A DNA stretch of 64,000 nt, from assembly GCA_965206595.1 (NCBI GenBank), contig OZ242214.1, positions 4,320,001-4,384,000 on the forward strand, written 5' to 3'. The position numbers and the translations under genes are program-made. The notes under the pieces were generated by a model. It saw only the letters and a program-made list of their open reading frames with translations. It made no database searches and was not told the origin of the DNA. The stretch's first letter is position 1, and every line of letters begins with the position of its first letter. Positions 16,838 to 27,835 of the stretch are shown in pieces. The DNA comes from Candidatus Latescibacterota bacterium. GTDB lineage: Bacteria > Latescibacterota > UBA2968 > UBA8231.

Positions 16838-19642
16838 ATGGCAGCACCCGCCAAACTCTCCCCCGCGATGCAGCAGTTCATGCGTTTCAAACGCAAGCAC
16901 GCGGATGCCATCCTGTTTTTCCGCATGGGGGATTTCTACGAGATGTTCTACGACGACGCCAGGGAGGCGGCGGCGCTGCTGGGCCTGACGCTGACGACGC
17001 GAAACCACGGTCACGGCAGCGGCGAAGTTCCGCTGGCGGGGGTCCCTCACCATGCGGCCGACCGCTACGTCGCCAAACTCGTGCAGATGGGGAAAAAGGT
17101 GGCCATCTGCGAGCAGGTCGAAGATCCCAGGGAGGCCAGGGGCATCGTCAAACGGGACGTCGTACAGGTGGTGTCGCCCGGCACTGCTCTTCTGGACTCG
17201 ATGCTCGACGAGCACAACAACAACTACACGATAGCCCTGGTTCCCGCCGGCGACGCCGCTGGCAAAGACACAATGGTCGGTTTTGCCGCGGTAGATCTGT
17301 CGACCGGCGACTTTTGGCTCGACGAGCTGCGGGCAGCCGAAGTGGGAGACGAACTGCAGCGGGTAGGGCCGGCGGAGCTCGTTCTGGCCCAGTCGCTGGG
17401 AGAGGATTGGATGCACGTCGTCGAAAGCAGCGCACCCGGAGTGCCGATAAGCCGCCTCGAGGACTGGCAGTTCGAACACCGGCACGCCTGCGAGTCCCTG
17501 ACCGAGCAGCTCGGAGTGCGCTCGCTGCGCAGCTTCGACTGCGACGACATCGATCTGGGGGTCAGGGCGGCCGGCGGGGTGCTGGAGTATTTGCGGGAAA
17601 ACCAGCGCGGGGCCGTCGCCCACATCAACCGCATTCGCCGCCGCCGCCGCGCCGAATACCTGTTTCTCGACGCCGCGGCGCAGCGGCATCTCGAGCTGTT
17701 CGCCACCAGCCAGGAGAACAGCCGCGCCGGCTCCCTCATCGAGGTCCTCGACTGCACGCGCACCGCCATGGGTGCCCGCCTTCTTCGCCAATGGCTCGCC
17801 GCACCGCTGCTGGACATCGCGGCGATCGAGGACCGGCTCGAGGCGGTGGGGGTATTGCTCCAGTCCGCGAGGATCCGTTCCGGCCTTCGCCTGCAACTGG
17901 GCGACATCGGAGATCTCGAGCGCCTGATCGCCCGCATCTGCTGCGGCCGGGCGAATGCCCGAGACCTCGCCGGCCTCGCCGCTTCGCTCGCCCGGGTACC
18001 GGAGATCGCCAGGCTGGTGCGGGAGCTGCCGGGGCCGGACGGCGATAAACCCACCGCGCTGGAAGGAGCCCTTTCCCTTCTACCGGACACGACCGTGCTG
18101 GTCGATCTGGTCCGCACCGCCCTCGTCGACGATCCACCTGCGTCGATAGCGGATGGCGGCCTGTTCAGGGACGGCTACGACGAGAAGCTCGACCAGCTCC
18201 GGGAGATCCAGTCCGGGGGAAGAAGCTGGATCGCCCGCCTTCAGGCCGGCGAGCGTGAACGCACCGGGATCTCCTCGCTGAAGGTCGGTTTCAACCAGGT
18301 TTTCGGCTATTACATCGAGGTCAGCAAGGCGAACCTCGAGCGCGTTCCCGAGGACTACGAGCGCAAGCAGACCCTGGCCAATGCCGAGCGCTACGTGATT
18401 CCCGGTCTGAAGGAGCGGGAAGCGCAGATTCTCACCGCCACGGAGCGCATCGCCGAGCGCGAAAGCCGGCTGTTCGCCGAACTCCGAGAGCGCGTCTCCA
18501 CGTGGGCGCCCGAGGTTCAGGAATGTGCCAGGGCGGTCAGCGCCATCGACGTGCTGGCCGCCCTGGCTGAAACAGCCGAGGAAGGGGGGTACGCGCGGCC
18601 CGTCATCGACGACGGCGGCGGCGTCGAGATTTCCGGGGGGCGGCACCCAGTCGTCGAGCGCCAGCTCCGGGAGGGGCGCTACGTCCCCAACGACCTGCGG
18701 GTCGGCAGCGACGACCAGATTCTCCTGATCACAGGCCCGAACATGGCGGGGAAAAGCACTGCAATTCGCCAACTCGGGATTATCGTCATCCTGGCTCAGA
18801 TGGGCAGCTTCGTGCCGGCGCGGCAGGCGCGTATCGGAGTGGTCGACCGCATTTTCACCCGGGTCGGGGCCTCGGACAACCTGGCGCGCGGTGAAAGCAC
18901 TTTCATGGTGGAGATGATCGAGGCGGCGACGATTCTCAACAACGTCGCCGACCGCAGCCTGATCCTGATGGACGAGCTGGGTCGCGGCACGAGCACCTTC
19001 GACGGTCTGAGCCTCGCATGGGCGATCGTCGAGCACCTCCACGAAAGAGACGGGATCAGGCCCCGCATGTTGTTCGCGACACATTACCACGAGCTCACCG
19101 AGCTGGAACGGAAGCTCGAGCGCGTGGTCAACTACAACGTCGCGGTCCGCGAGGAAGAGGGCCGGGTGGTTTTCCTGCACAGGCTGGTACCCGGCCCCGC
19201 GGACCGCAGCTACGGCATTCACGTCGCCGAGATGGCGGGGATGCCGGGATCGGTAATCGAGCGCGCCCGGGAGATCCTGGCGCGCCTGGAAAGCGAACAG
19301 ATCGACGCTGAACAGATCCGCCTGGGTCACGACGCTGCCGCGGACGAGCCGCCTTCCACCTCGCCGCCGGATATCGGAGGCGACCCCGATTGCAGCGTGG
19401 AGCACGGTGAACGCCGCGGTCAGATGGATCTGTTCGACCAGCCAGAGGAGCTGCGGACCGCGTTGCGATTGCTGCGTGAGCTGGACGAGCTGCCCTTGGA
19501 CGACACCACCCCGATGCAGGCCCTGCAACTGCTGCACCGCTGGCGGTCCGAGTGCGACGACAGGGATCCCGAAGGCGGGGAGGCGGAGCGCGAAAAGGAG
19601 ACAGATGCCGCAGCTGCGGGAAGACCCAACGGCCGCGGCTGA
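16838..19642 (+). CDS. mutS: DNA mismatch repair protein MutS
   Basis: SPAMQQF, FRMGDFYEMF, TGPNMAGKST, DELGRGTST, ATHYHEL. Confidence 0.97.
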   Translation: MAAPAKLSPAMQQFMRFKRKHADAILFFRMGDFYEMFYDDAREAAALLGLTLTTRNHGHGSGEVPLAGVPHHAADRYVAKLVQMGKKVAICEQVEDPREARGIVKRDVVQVVSPGTALLDSMLDEHNNNYTIALVPAGDAAGKDTMVGFAAVDLSTGDFWLDELRAAEVGDELQRVGPAELVLAQSLGEDWMHVVESSAPGVPISRLEDWQFEHRHACESLTEQLGVRSLRSFDCDDIDLGVRAAGGVLEYLRENQRGAVAHINRIRRRRRAEYLFLDAAAQRHLELFATSQENSRAGSLIEVLDCTRTAMGARLLRQWLAAPLLDIAAIEDRLEAVGVLLQSARIRSGLRLQLGDIGDLERLIARICCGRANARDLAGLAASLARVPEIARLVRELPGPDGDKPTALEGALSLLPDTTVLVDLVRTALVDDPPASIADGGLFRDGYDEKLDQLREIQSGGRSWIARLQAGERERTGISSLKVGFNQVFGYYIEVSKANLERVPEDYERKQTLANAERYVIPGLKEREAQILTATERIAERESRLFAELRERVSTWAPEVQECARAVSAIDVLAALAETAEEGGYARPVIDDGGGVEISGGRHPVVERQLREGRYVPNDLRVGSDDQILLITGPNMAGKSTAIRQLGIIVILAQMGSFVPARQARIGVVDRIFTRVGASDNLARGESTFMVEMIEAATILNNVADRSLILMDELGRGTSTFDGLSLAWAIVEHLHERDGIRPRMLFATHYHELTELERKLERVVNYNVAVREEEGRVVFLHRLVPGPADRSYGIHVAEMAGMPGSVIERAREILARLESEQIDAEQIRLGHDAAADEPPSTSPPDIGGDPDCSVEHGERRGQMDLFDQPEELRTALRLLRELDELPLDDTTPMQALQLLHRWRSECDDRDPEGGEAEREKETDAAAAGRPNGRG

Positions 19643-19785
19643 ACCGGACATCGCGAAAAGGTGGCGATCCTCCTGATTCCCGCGAGCCCGGGTCCGGCGC
19701 CCTCCAGCCGGGGCATCCGCTCCCCGGGGAGCGGCCGGCACCCCGCCCTCCATCCCCTTCACGCAACCCCGTCGACAGCCTGCCC

Positions 19786-20553
19786 GTGAACTCCGCCGGA
19801 CCCGGTGACCGACCGGTAGAGGACGACCTCCTGTTCGGGCGGAACGCCGTGCGCGCCGCCCTCGAGAGCGAGCGCCCGCTTCGGCGCGTCGTCGTCAGCC
19901 AGTCTTCCGGCGGGACCGTCGAAGAGATCGTCGCCCTCGCCCGGAGCGCCGGCATCCCCGTCCAGTTTCGCCCCCGCACCGAGCTCGACCGCCTCGCCGG
20001 TCGCCGCCACCAGGGAGTCGTAGCGCTGGTCGCGGCTCGCCCCTTCGCCGACTACGAGGAACTCCTTGCCGGTCTGGACCGGACCGCATTCCTGGTCTTT
20101 CTCGACCGCGTGCAGGACCCGCACAATCTCGGAGCCATCCTCCGTAGCGCCTGTGTCACCGGCGCCGACGGGGTCGTCATTCCGCAGCGCCAGTCCGCCG
20201 GTCTGACCGGGGCGGTCGCCAAGGTCTCGGCGGGTGCCCTCGACCATATTCCCGTATGCGGCGTTCGCAACCTCAAGGACGCCATCCTGCAGGCGAAGGC
20301 GGCAGGGCTGTGGATCACCGGACTGTCGCCGCAGGCGCCGGGGAGCTTCACCGAAGTCGATTACCTCGGGCCGACCGCGATTGTCGTGGGTGGGGAGGAT
20401 CGCGGTATCAGGCGCACGGTTGCCGAGGCCTGCGATTTCGCGGTCAGCATCCCGATGGGCCGGGGAGTCACCGGGTCTCTCAACGCTTCGGTCGCCGCGG
20501 GAATCGCCCTGTTCGAGGTGTACCGCCAGCGCTCCGGCGACAAGCGGCGATGA
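19786..20553 (+). CDS. rlmB: 23S rRNA (G2251) 2'-O-methyltransferase, TrmH family
   Basis: HQGVVA, DPHNLGAILRSA, GGEDRG, SLNASVAAGI; start approximate. Confidence 0.88.
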   Translation: MNSAGPGDRPVEDDLLFGRNAVRAALESERPLRRVVVSQSSGGTVEEIVALARSAGIPVQFRPRTELDRLAGRRHQGVVALVAARPFADYEELLAGLDRTAFLVFLDRVQDPHNLGAILRSACVTGADGVVIPQRQSAGLTGAVAKVSAGALDHIPVCGVRNLKDAILQAKAAGLWITGLSPQAPGSFTEVDYLGPTAIVVGGEDRGIRRTVAEACDFAVSIPMGRGVTGSLNASVAAGIALFEVYRQRSGDKRR

Positions 20554-23015
20554 AGGCTGTCTGGAGGCGGCATCTCGCCGGGCTGCTGCTGCTGCCGGCC
20601 GCCGCGGCAGCTTCCGGCAGCAGCGGTCCGGCGCCGGGAAGCGAACCCAACCCCGCGGACTCGAGCTCCCCGGAAAAGGTGCTCCAGCGTCCGGAGGAGA
20701 TCGTGACCATTCCGGAAGGGGAGGACAGCTTCAGTTACACAGCCGACACCTACGTCCATTCCCTTCGGGGCGACTCGCTTTTACTGCGCGGCAACGCCGT
20801 CGTAAATCACCGCGGCGCCCGCCTGCAGGCCGGCGAGATCGTCTATCACAGAGGCCGCGAACTCGTCGTCGCCCGCTCTCCTGCGGACAGCCGCGGCCAT
20901 TCGACCGGTATGCCGACCCTCACCCAGGGGGACGACGTGATTCGCGGCGGCCGGATTCTGTATGACATGAGGACGGGGGAGGGAACGATTTTCGACGGCC
21001 GCATCCGCTTCAAGGAGGGCTTCTACAACGGCAGCCGCATCGACACCCGCGGCGAAGAGGAGCTTCACGTGCACTCCGGATCGTACACGACCTGCGATCT
21101 TGCCGAGCCCCACTTCGATTTCTACAGCCCCCGGATCAAGGTCCTGGCCGGCGACATGGCGATCGCCCGCCCGGTCTATTTGCGCATAGACGGCAACCGC
21201 GTGGCGGTGGTGCCGTTCTACGTATTCTCCCTGAGGGAGAACCGCCAGTCAGGGCTTCTGACTCCGAGCTTCGGACAACGGCCGGTGCGCTTCGGGAGCA
21301 GCCAGTCGGAGTGGGAAGTGCGCAACCTGGGCTACTACTTCGCCCCCAGCGACTACTGGGACCTGCGCCTGTCCGCGGACCTGCGCCAGCGCTCCGGCTG
21401 GCTGGGCCGCGTCGCCCTGGCGTACGCCCGCCGCTACTACTTCGACGGCATGGCCGACACCCGCATCGAGAACAGGCAGTCCGACTCGGGCACGCGCTGG
21501 GAGTGGTGGACGAATCTGCGCCACAACCAGCAGCTCGGTGAGTCGGCCAGCCTGCGTGGTGCGGGGACCTTCCAGAGCAGCAGCGACGTCGTGCGCGACA
21601 ACAGCACGCGGCTCGGCGAGCGCCTGACCCGCACGCTGCGCTCGAACCTGCTGTTCAACAAACGCTGGCGCGAATCCGGGTACAGTCTCAGCGTCAACGC
21701 GAACCGCACCGAAAACCTCGACACCGGGCGCTTCGACGCGGCGCTGCCCGAGGTCAGCCTTCGCCGCAATCGCCGGTCCCTGTTCGGGGGTCACAAGAAG
21801 GGGAAACGGCAGTCCGCCTGGTATCACCGCATCTACTACGACGGCAGCGCCCGCCTGCGCAACACGCGGCGGGGCACCGCCGCCGACACGACGAGCCGCA
21901 CCAGCAGCGATGTCGCCCTCGGCCTTTCCACGCAGCAGCGTCCCGCGGACTGGCTCAGCCTGAATTCGGGCCTGTCGCAGCGCTGGCGCGACGCCGACCT
22001 GCGCAGCTCCGAGCCCCGTTACGAGAATCTCGGCAGCACCCGGGTCAGCGCCGCGGCCACCCTGTCGCAAACCATCTACGGCATGTTCACCCCCCAGTTC
22101 TGGCGGGTGACGGCCCTGCGGCACGTCGTCAAGCCGGACCTAGGCGTCAACTACCGGGCGACCCGTACCGACACCGGGGGAACGCTGGGAATGGGCGGGC
22201 GCCCCTCCCTGTGGCGGCAGAGCCGCCGACTGACCATGCGGCTGAGCAACAGTTTCTGGCTCAAGCTGCTGCGCGAGGAAGAGGAATCGAAGCTCCGGGT
22301 CGCCCAGGTAAACCTCTCGACGTCGTACGATTTCGACAAAGAGAGCCGTCCCTTGTCCGACCTCGTATCGAGCGTAACCGCCGATGCCGGGCCGTTCAAC
22401 GCGCGCCTGAGGCTGCGTTCCGAGTTCTATGACGACGACGGCGACTTCCGCGGGGCGCCGGCGCTACGCCAGATCGAGATCAATTCAGGGTTTCGCCTGC
22501 AGGGGCGGCGCGGGCGGAAAGAGGCGGACCCGGGGCTATCCACAGCGGGGCGACCGCCCGGAAGTCAGGATTATCAGGGCATATACGGCGGCGAATACAA
22601 CCCCGGAGGAACCGGGTCGAGCAGCAGCGGCTACGGCTACGAAAGCGGACTGCACCGCGACCTCGACCGGCGCGGTACGCAACTGCTGCAGATCGGACAC
22701 TACTACTCGCGCCGCAAGAGCTTCGGCCGCACCCTGGAGCGCTCCTGGCTGCGCGGCTCGTTCACCCGGTCGTGGCGGCGGACCTGGCACGTACATTATT
22801 CGGTCAGCTACAATCTCGAATCGCCGTTGCCGCTGATGGACGGGGAGCGGGTGACCGCCGAGCTGCTGTCGCTGCAGCGGGAGTTCCACGACTGGACGGC
22901 AACCTTCAACATCGAACCGACTCGTTTTGCCCGGACTCGCGCCTTCTATTTCAAGGTCCAGCTCAAGGACATCCCGCAGATCCGCTTCGAGCGCGGCGAC
23001 CGGCGCAGGCGCTAG
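20550..23015 (+). CDS. Putative LPS-assembly protein LptD-like outer-membrane protein
   Basis: Signal peptide; OstA-like N-domain (LRGNAVV...GSYTTCD...PHF); SGLLTPSFG; beta-barrel-like remainder. Confidence 0.75.
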   Translation: MKAVWRRHLAGLLLLPAAAAASGSSGPAPGSEPNPADSSSPEKVLQRPEEIVTIPEGEDSFSYTADTYVHSLRGDSLLLRGNAVVNHRGARLQAGEIVYHRGRELVVARSPADSRGHSTGMPTLTQGDDVIRGGRILYDMRTGEGTIFDGRIRFKEGFYNGSRIDTRGEEELHVHSGSYTTCDLAEPHFDFYSPRIKVLAGDMAIARPVYLRIDGNRVAVVPFYVFSLRENRQSGLLTPSFGQRPVRFGSSQSEWEVRNLGYYFAPSDYWDLRLSADLRQRSGWLGRVALAYARRYYFDGMADTRIENRQSDSGTRWEWWTNLRHNQQLGESASLRGAGTFQSSSDVVRDNSTRLGERLTRTLRSNLLFNKRWRESGYSLSVNANRTENLDTGRFDAALPEVSLRRNRRSLFGGHKKGKRQSAWYHRIYYDGSARLRNTRRGTAADTTSRTSSDVALGLSTQQRPADWLSLNSGLSQRWRDADLRSSEPRYENLGSTRVSAAATLSQTIYGMFTPQFWRVTALRHVVKPDLGVNYRATRTDTGGTLGMGGRPSLWRQSRRLTMRLSNSFWLKLLREEEESKLRVAQVNLSTSYDFDKESRPLSDLVSSVTADAGPFNARLRLRSEFYDDDGDFRGAPALRQIEINSGFRLQGRRGRKEADPGLSTAGRPPGSQDYQGIYGGEYNPGGTGSSSSGYGYESGLHRDLDRRGTQLLQIGHYYSRRKSFGRTLERSWLRGSFTRSWRRTWHVHYSVSYNLESPLPLMDGERVTAELLSLQREFHDWTATFNIEPTRFARTRAFYFKVQLKDIPQIRFERGDRRRR

Positions 23016-23115
23016 CCGGCGTGCCGCGGCAGGTCCCGGCCTGGCTGGCTCCATTCCCGTCGCCTCCGGAACCTCGCACTCCTTTCACAACCCCTTCACC
23101 AAGCACTCGCAGCCG

Positions 23116-23556
23116 GTGAGAATCCTCGTTCAGCGGGTCAGCAGGGCCCGGGTCTCCGTAGCCGGGGAAACCACCGGGGCCATCGACCGCGGCCTCGTGC
23201 TGCTCGTCGGAGTCCACACGGGAGACGACGGCGACGCTGCCCGGTTCTGCGCCGAAAAGTGCGCCAACCTTCGCGTATTCCCCGACGAGCAGGGACGGAT
23301 GAACCGCTCCCTCCTGGAGACGGGAGGTGCGGTGCTGGCGATCTCCCAGTTCACCCTCTACGGCGACTGCCGGCGCGGGCGGCGCCCCAGCTTTGTCGAG
23401 GCGGCGCCGCCCGAGCTCGCCGAACCGCTCTACGAGCGCTTCGTCGAGCTACTCGAGGGTCTCGGGGTTCCAGTCGCCGGCGGCGTGTTCGGGGCCCACA
23501 TGGCGGTCGAAATCCACAACGACGGTCCGGTCACCGTCATCGTCGAGAGCCCCTGA
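23116..23556 (+). CDS. dtd: D-aminoacyl-tRNA deacylase
   Basis: QRVSRA, SQFTL, GRRPSF, FGAHM, NDGPVT. Confidence 0.96.
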   Translation: MRILVQRVSRARVSVAGETTGAIDRGLVLLVGVHTGDDGDAARFCAEKCANLRVFPDEQGRMNRSLLETGGAVLAISQFTLYGDCRRGRRPSFVEAAPPELAEPLYERFVELLEGLGVPVAGGVFGAHMAVEIHNDGPVTVIVESP

Positions 23557-23560
23557 CCGG

Positions 23561-24166
23561 ATGGATCCCAAACCTTCCCTCGTGCTCGCGTCAGCTTCGT
23601 CGCGCCGCGTCGCCCTGCTGCATCAGCTCGGCCTCAGGTTCGAGCAGCACCCCAGTCCCGAAGCGGAGCCAGCACCCTGCGGATCCTCCCCGCGCGACCA
23701 CGCTTTGGCCGCGGCCGCGGCCAAAGCCGCGGCCGTCCAGGGGCTTCTGCGAGCTTCGGGCAGGGGCTCGTCCGCGATCGTCCTCGGCGCGGATACCGTG
23801 GTCAGTCTGGACGGCAGTTTTCTCGGCAAACCAGGGGACCCAGAGGAGGCGGCGGTCATGCTCGGGCGCCTTTCGGGCAGGCGCCACGAGGTCTTCACCG
23901 GAATCGCCCTGAAATGCCCGGAAGACCTGGAGGTCCGCGATTGTGTCCGCACCGAGGTGCTCATGAGGACCTTGTCCGCGCAAGAGATCGAGGAGTACGT
24001 GGCGAGCGGAGAGCCGATGGACAAGGCGGGTTCGTACGCAATCCAGGGAAGGGGCGCCCGCTTCGTTGAAAGTATAAATGGCTGTTATTATAATGTTGTG
24101 GGTCTTCCGATAGCTCGCCTGAGCACAATGCTCGAAGAGCTGGGATTCGATTTGTCCAGCTGTTGA
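23561..24166 (+). CDS. maf: Maf family nucleoside triphosphate pyrophosphatase
   Basis: LASASSRR, GADTVV, GKP, DKAGSYAIQG, NVVGLP. Confidence 0.93.
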   Translation: MDPKPSLVLASASSRRVALLHQLGLRFEQHPSPEAEPAPCGSSPRDHALAAAAAKAAAVQGLLRASGRGSSAIVLGADTVVSLDGSFLGKPGDPEEAAVMLGRLSGRRHEVFTGIALKCPEDLEVRDCVRTEVLMRTLSAQEIEEYVASGEPMDKAGSYAIQGRGARFVESINGCYYNVVGLPIARLSTMLEELGFDLSSC

Positions 24167-24316
24167 CGTCGCCGTCCGCAGATGCAGTCGGGCATGCCGC
24201 GGGCACGGAGGCCGCCGGGACGGGCCGTGCGGTGCGGTTTCGCCGCCTCGATCCCCTCCGACTTCCAACGCCCGTTCCGATCACCCCCCCATCGTTCTCA
24301 GTGAGGAATTTTCGGC

Positions 24317-25375
24317 ATGAGTGAGGAGATCCCCCTCGGTCCCCTGCTCAGGGCGGCGCGCGAGCGGCGCGGAGAGACCCTGGAGCAGGCTCATCAGCGG
24401 ACCGGGATCAGCCCAAATCTCCTGCGCGAGCTGGAAAGCGGCGAATTCCGGATCGAGCCGGTGTACGCGCGGCTGGCCGCGGCCAACTACGCAGCTTACC
24501 TCGGCCTCGACCCCGTAGAGATCACTACCCTCTTCGACCGCCAGTTCGGCCGCCCCGACATCCCCACACCCTCCTCTTCCTATGGCCGCAGGTTGGGGCC
24601 GCCTCCTGCCATCATCGGCACAGTCTCTGCCTCCTGGGTGATCGCGGCCGCGGTGGCGATCGCCGCGGTGATTCTGCTCGCAATCTTCTTTTCAGGAGAA
24701 CCGGAAGAGCCTGCCACCCCGTCTGCGGGCGCCGTGGAGATCCCCCCGGCCCTGCCCCTGACAAGTGACGGGAACCGGGCGGAGGGGGAACCGGATCCCG
24801 GGTCCGGCACTGTGCCCATGGCTGCTTTCGAAGCGCCGTCGAGCCCCTTTGCAGACACCTCGATCACCACCTCAGGTAGCGCGGATCCCGGGCGCTGGGA
24901 AGCAGTTGCGGCCGATCTTGTCGTAGAGGAGCCGGCCGGGACTGCCGCAGCTCCCGAAGCAGCGATCACCGCAACCGATTTGCAGGAGGAGCCGGGAACG
25001 GCCGCGGAGGGCGGGGAGGGCAGGCATGACCTCGCGGCGCCCCTGGTTCTGAGAGCCGAGGCGGTCGATTCCACCTGGGTGCGGATCCAGTGGGACGGCG
25101 GGGCCGGCTACACGGAGGAGATCATCCCCAGCGGAGAATCGCGGCAGTGGGAGGCGGACAACCACTTCACGGTCTTTTCCGGACGCCCTCACGGGGTGCG
25201 GTTCTACTTCCAGGGGCAACTGTTGGGCGGCGGCAGACTCGGCGACCCCGCCCGGGTGCTACGGTTCCGGGTCTCCGCCGAAGAAGTGGTCCTGCTTAGA
25301 GCGGATCTGACGCTTCTTTCCGCAGTCCCCTTGCAGGACTCGATAGCGAATCCGGACGGACCCCGAACTCCATGA
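24317..25375 (+). CDS. RodZ-like protein (N-terminal HTH, TM helix, C-terminal DUF4115-like domain)
   Basis: GPLLRAARERRG...LESG...YAAYLGLD; hydrophobic TM; AVDSTWVRIQWDG. Confidence 0.8.
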   Translation: MSEEIPLGPLLRAARERRGETLEQAHQRTGISPNLLRELESGEFRIEPVYARLAAANYAAYLGLDPVEITTLFDRQFGRPDIPTPSSSYGRRLGPPPAIIGTVSASWVIAAAVAIAAVILLAIFFSGEPEEPATPSAGAVEIPPALPLTSDGNRAEGEPDPGSGTVPMAAFEAPSSPFADTSITTSGSADPGRWEAVAADLVVEEPAGTAAAPEAAITATDLQEEPGTAAEGGEGRHDLAAPLVLRAEAVDSTWVRIQWDGGAGYTEEIIPSGESRQWEADNHFTVFSGRPHGVRFYFQGQLLGGGRLGDPARVLRFRVSAEEVVLLRADLTLLSAVPLQDSIANPDGPRTP

Positions 25376-27825
25376 GCCGGCGCTACGTGGAAGTAGCGCT
25401 TCCTCCTCCCCTGCCACGGGAACTCACCTACGCCGTGCCCGGGGAATTGGTCGGCGACGTCCGTCCCGGCACTGTCGTCCTCGTCCCCGTGCAGAATCGC
25501 CTCGTCACCGGGTTCGTAATCGGCGATACAGAGCCGGCTGCGTCTCTGAGCCCGGGAAAGATCCGCGACCTTGTGCAGATCCTCGATGCCGACTCCCCGC
25601 TGACGCCGGAGGTCGTCGACCTGTGCCGGTGGATGGCCTCCTACTACGGAGCTCCGATCGGCAGCGCCCTTGCCGCGGCGTTGCCTCCCGGCGTCAAGCT
25701 GACCACGCAACGGCGAGTTCAGCTGGCCAACGGCGCCCACCCGCCGGTTGGAGACGGGCTCGGCGCCCGCATCGTCGAGGAGCTGAGCGCCGGCGCCCTC
25801 AAGGTGACGACCCTGCGGAGGCGCCTTGGGCGCAACGGACTCGAACAGGCGCTGCGGCGCATGCAACGGGCCGGCCGGATAGACATTCTCCCCGTGCTCG
25901 AAGACGCCGAGGTATCGGTCAGGCGGGAGCAGCGGGTGCGGGTTACCGATGGGAAGTTCGCCGCGGCGACCCTGCCGGAGCTGGACCGCCGGGCCCCGAA
26001 GCAGGCCAGCTGCCTGCGCCACGTCCTCGAGCGCGGGTCCGAGCCCAAGAAGGCGCTGGTCGCCAGCGGCTTCGGATACGCAATACTGCGCGGGCTCGGT
26101 TCGCGGGGCCTGATAGAGACCGTCGAGGAGGAGATCTTCCGCGACCCCCTTGCCCACCTCGACGGCCTTGCGGACGAGCCGCTCGAACCGAACCCCGATC
26201 AACAGGGGGTCCTCGAGCCGGTTCTCGAGGCCCTCGGGAAACGCATCTACTTCCCCGCCCTGCTCCAGGGTGTCACCGGCAGCGGCAAGACCCTGGTCTA
26301 CCTGCGCGCCGCCGAGCAGGCGTTGCGGCTGGGACGCGGCGCCATAATCCTGGTCCCGGAGATCGCCCTCGCCTGGCAGATGGTGCGGCGCTTCAAGGGG
26401 CGTTTCGGAGACCGCGTCGCCGTGCTCCACAGTCAGCTGTCGAAAGGAGAGCGCTACGATACCTGGCGGCGCCTGCGGCGCGGAGAGCAGCGCCTCGTCA
26501 TCGGCCCCCGCTCGGCGATCCTGGCGCCGGTGGCCGACCTCGGGCTCGTCGTCGTCGACGAAGAACACGACGGCTCCTACAACCAGGACGATCTCGAAAA
26601 CCGCCACGCCCTGTCCTACAGCGCCCGCGACGTCGCCCTGGTGCGCGCGCGCATGGCAGGCGCCGCGGTGCTGCTCGGGTCGGCGACCCCGAGTCTGGAG
26701 TCGTACTGGAACGCGCTCTCGGGCAAGTACCGGACCCTTTCGCTGCCGCGGCGCGTCGACGGCCGCCCGCTTCCCGAAATCACCGTCGTCGACATGCGCC
26801 GCGAGCCATTCCAGCGCCGCAAGACGGCGCTGTTCTCCAAGGTCCTGCGCCAGAAGATCCACGACCGCCTGGAGCGCGGCGAGCGCATCATCCTGTTGCA
26901 GAACCGCCGCGGTTTCGCCCCGGTCATGCAGTGCCGCGACTGCGGGGAAACGGTGCAGTGCACCCACTGCCGCGTCTGTCTGACCCTGCACCGGAGCCGC
27001 TCCGAGGAGCTGCGCTGTCACTACTGCGACTACCGCTGCCCGGTGCCGGCAACCTGTCCCGGGTGCGGCAGCGAGGAAGTCCGTGAGACCGGCATCGGAA
27101 CGCAGCAGGTCGAGAGCGCGCTCCTGGAACAGTTTCCAGGTATCCGCGTCATTCGTATGGACGTCGACACGACCGGGTGGAAGGGGGCCCACGACCGTCT
27201 CGTCGAACGCTTCCGCGCCGGCGAGGCGGACGTGCTGCTCGGAACCCAGATGGTCGCCAAGGGGCTGGACTTTCCCGAGGTGACCCTGGTCGGCGTCATT
27301 TCCGCCGACACCGGGTTGCACCTGCCGGACTTCCGCGCCGCGGAACGGAGCTTCCAGCTTATGACGCAGGTGGCGGGCCGTTCCGGCAGGGGGGACCGCC
27401 TCGGTGAGGCGGTGGTGCAGACGCGGCTGCCGGAGGAGCGCTCCCTGATCGCCGCGGCGCGGCAGGACTTTACAGGCTTTGCCGAAGAGGAGCTCGCGCA
27501 ACGGCGCGAAGCCGGCTTTCCACCGTTCGGCCGCCTGCTGCTGCTGCGCTGGCGCGGCCCCGTACAGGACCAGGTGGAGGCCGCCGCCCGTCGCGGTGTC
27601 GGGATACTGTCCCGCTCCCTGCCCGCCGGGGGGGCGGTTCTCGGGCCGGCCCCCGCTCCGCTTGCCTTGCTGCGCGGAAACCACCGCTGGCAGGCGCTGC
27701 TGCAAGGCCCTTCCGCCCGCATGCTCAGAGACTGGGTTGGTTCGGAAATCGACCCGATTCGGAAGTCGGCAGACACTCAAGACGTTGCCCTGAGCCTTGT
27801 CGTCGACCCACAGAACACGATGTAG
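25372..27825 (+). CDS. priA: Primosomal protein N' (replication restart helicase)
   Basis: GVTGSGKT, DEEHD, SATPS, NRRG, four CxxC, GTQMVAKGLDFP, QVAGRSGR. Confidence 0.97.
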   Translation: MSRRYVEVALPPPLPRELTYAVPGELVGDVRPGTVVLVPVQNRLVTGFVIGDTEPAASLSPGKIRDLVQILDADSPLTPEVVDLCRWMASYYGAPIGSALAAALPPGVKLTTQRRVQLANGAHPPVGDGLGARIVEELSAGALKVTTLRRRLGRNGLEQALRRMQRAGRIDILPVLEDAEVSVRREQRVRVTDGKFAAATLPELDRRAPKQASCLRHVLERGSEPKKALVASGFGYAILRGLGSRGLIETVEEEIFRDPLAHLDGLADEPLEPNPDQQGVLEPVLEALGKRIYFPALLQGVTGSGKTLVYLRAAEQALRLGRGAIILVPEIALAWQMVRRFKGRFGDRVAVLHSQLSKGERYDTWRRLRRGEQRLVIGPRSAILAPVADLGLVVVDEEHDGSYNQDDLENRHALSYSARDVALVRARMAGAAVLLGSATPSLESYWNALSGKYRTLSLPRRVDGRPLPEITVVDMRREPFQRRKTALFSKVLRQKIHDRLERGERIILLQNRRGFAPVMQCRDCGETVQCTHCRVCLTLHRSRSEELRCHYCDYRCPVPATCPGCGSEEVRETGIGTQQVESALLEQFPGIRVIRMDVDTTGWKGAHDRLVERFRAGEADVLLGTQMVAKGLDFPEVTLVGVISADTGLHLPDFRAAERSFQLMTQVAGRSGRGDRLGEAVVQTRLPEERSLIAAARQDFTGFAEEELAQRREAGFPPFGRLLLLRWRGPVQDQVEAAARRGVGILSRSLPAGGAVLGPAPAPLALLRGNHRWQALLQGPSARMLRDWVGSEIDPIRKSADTQDVALSLVVDPQNTM

Positions 27826-27835
27826 ACGAAAGCTG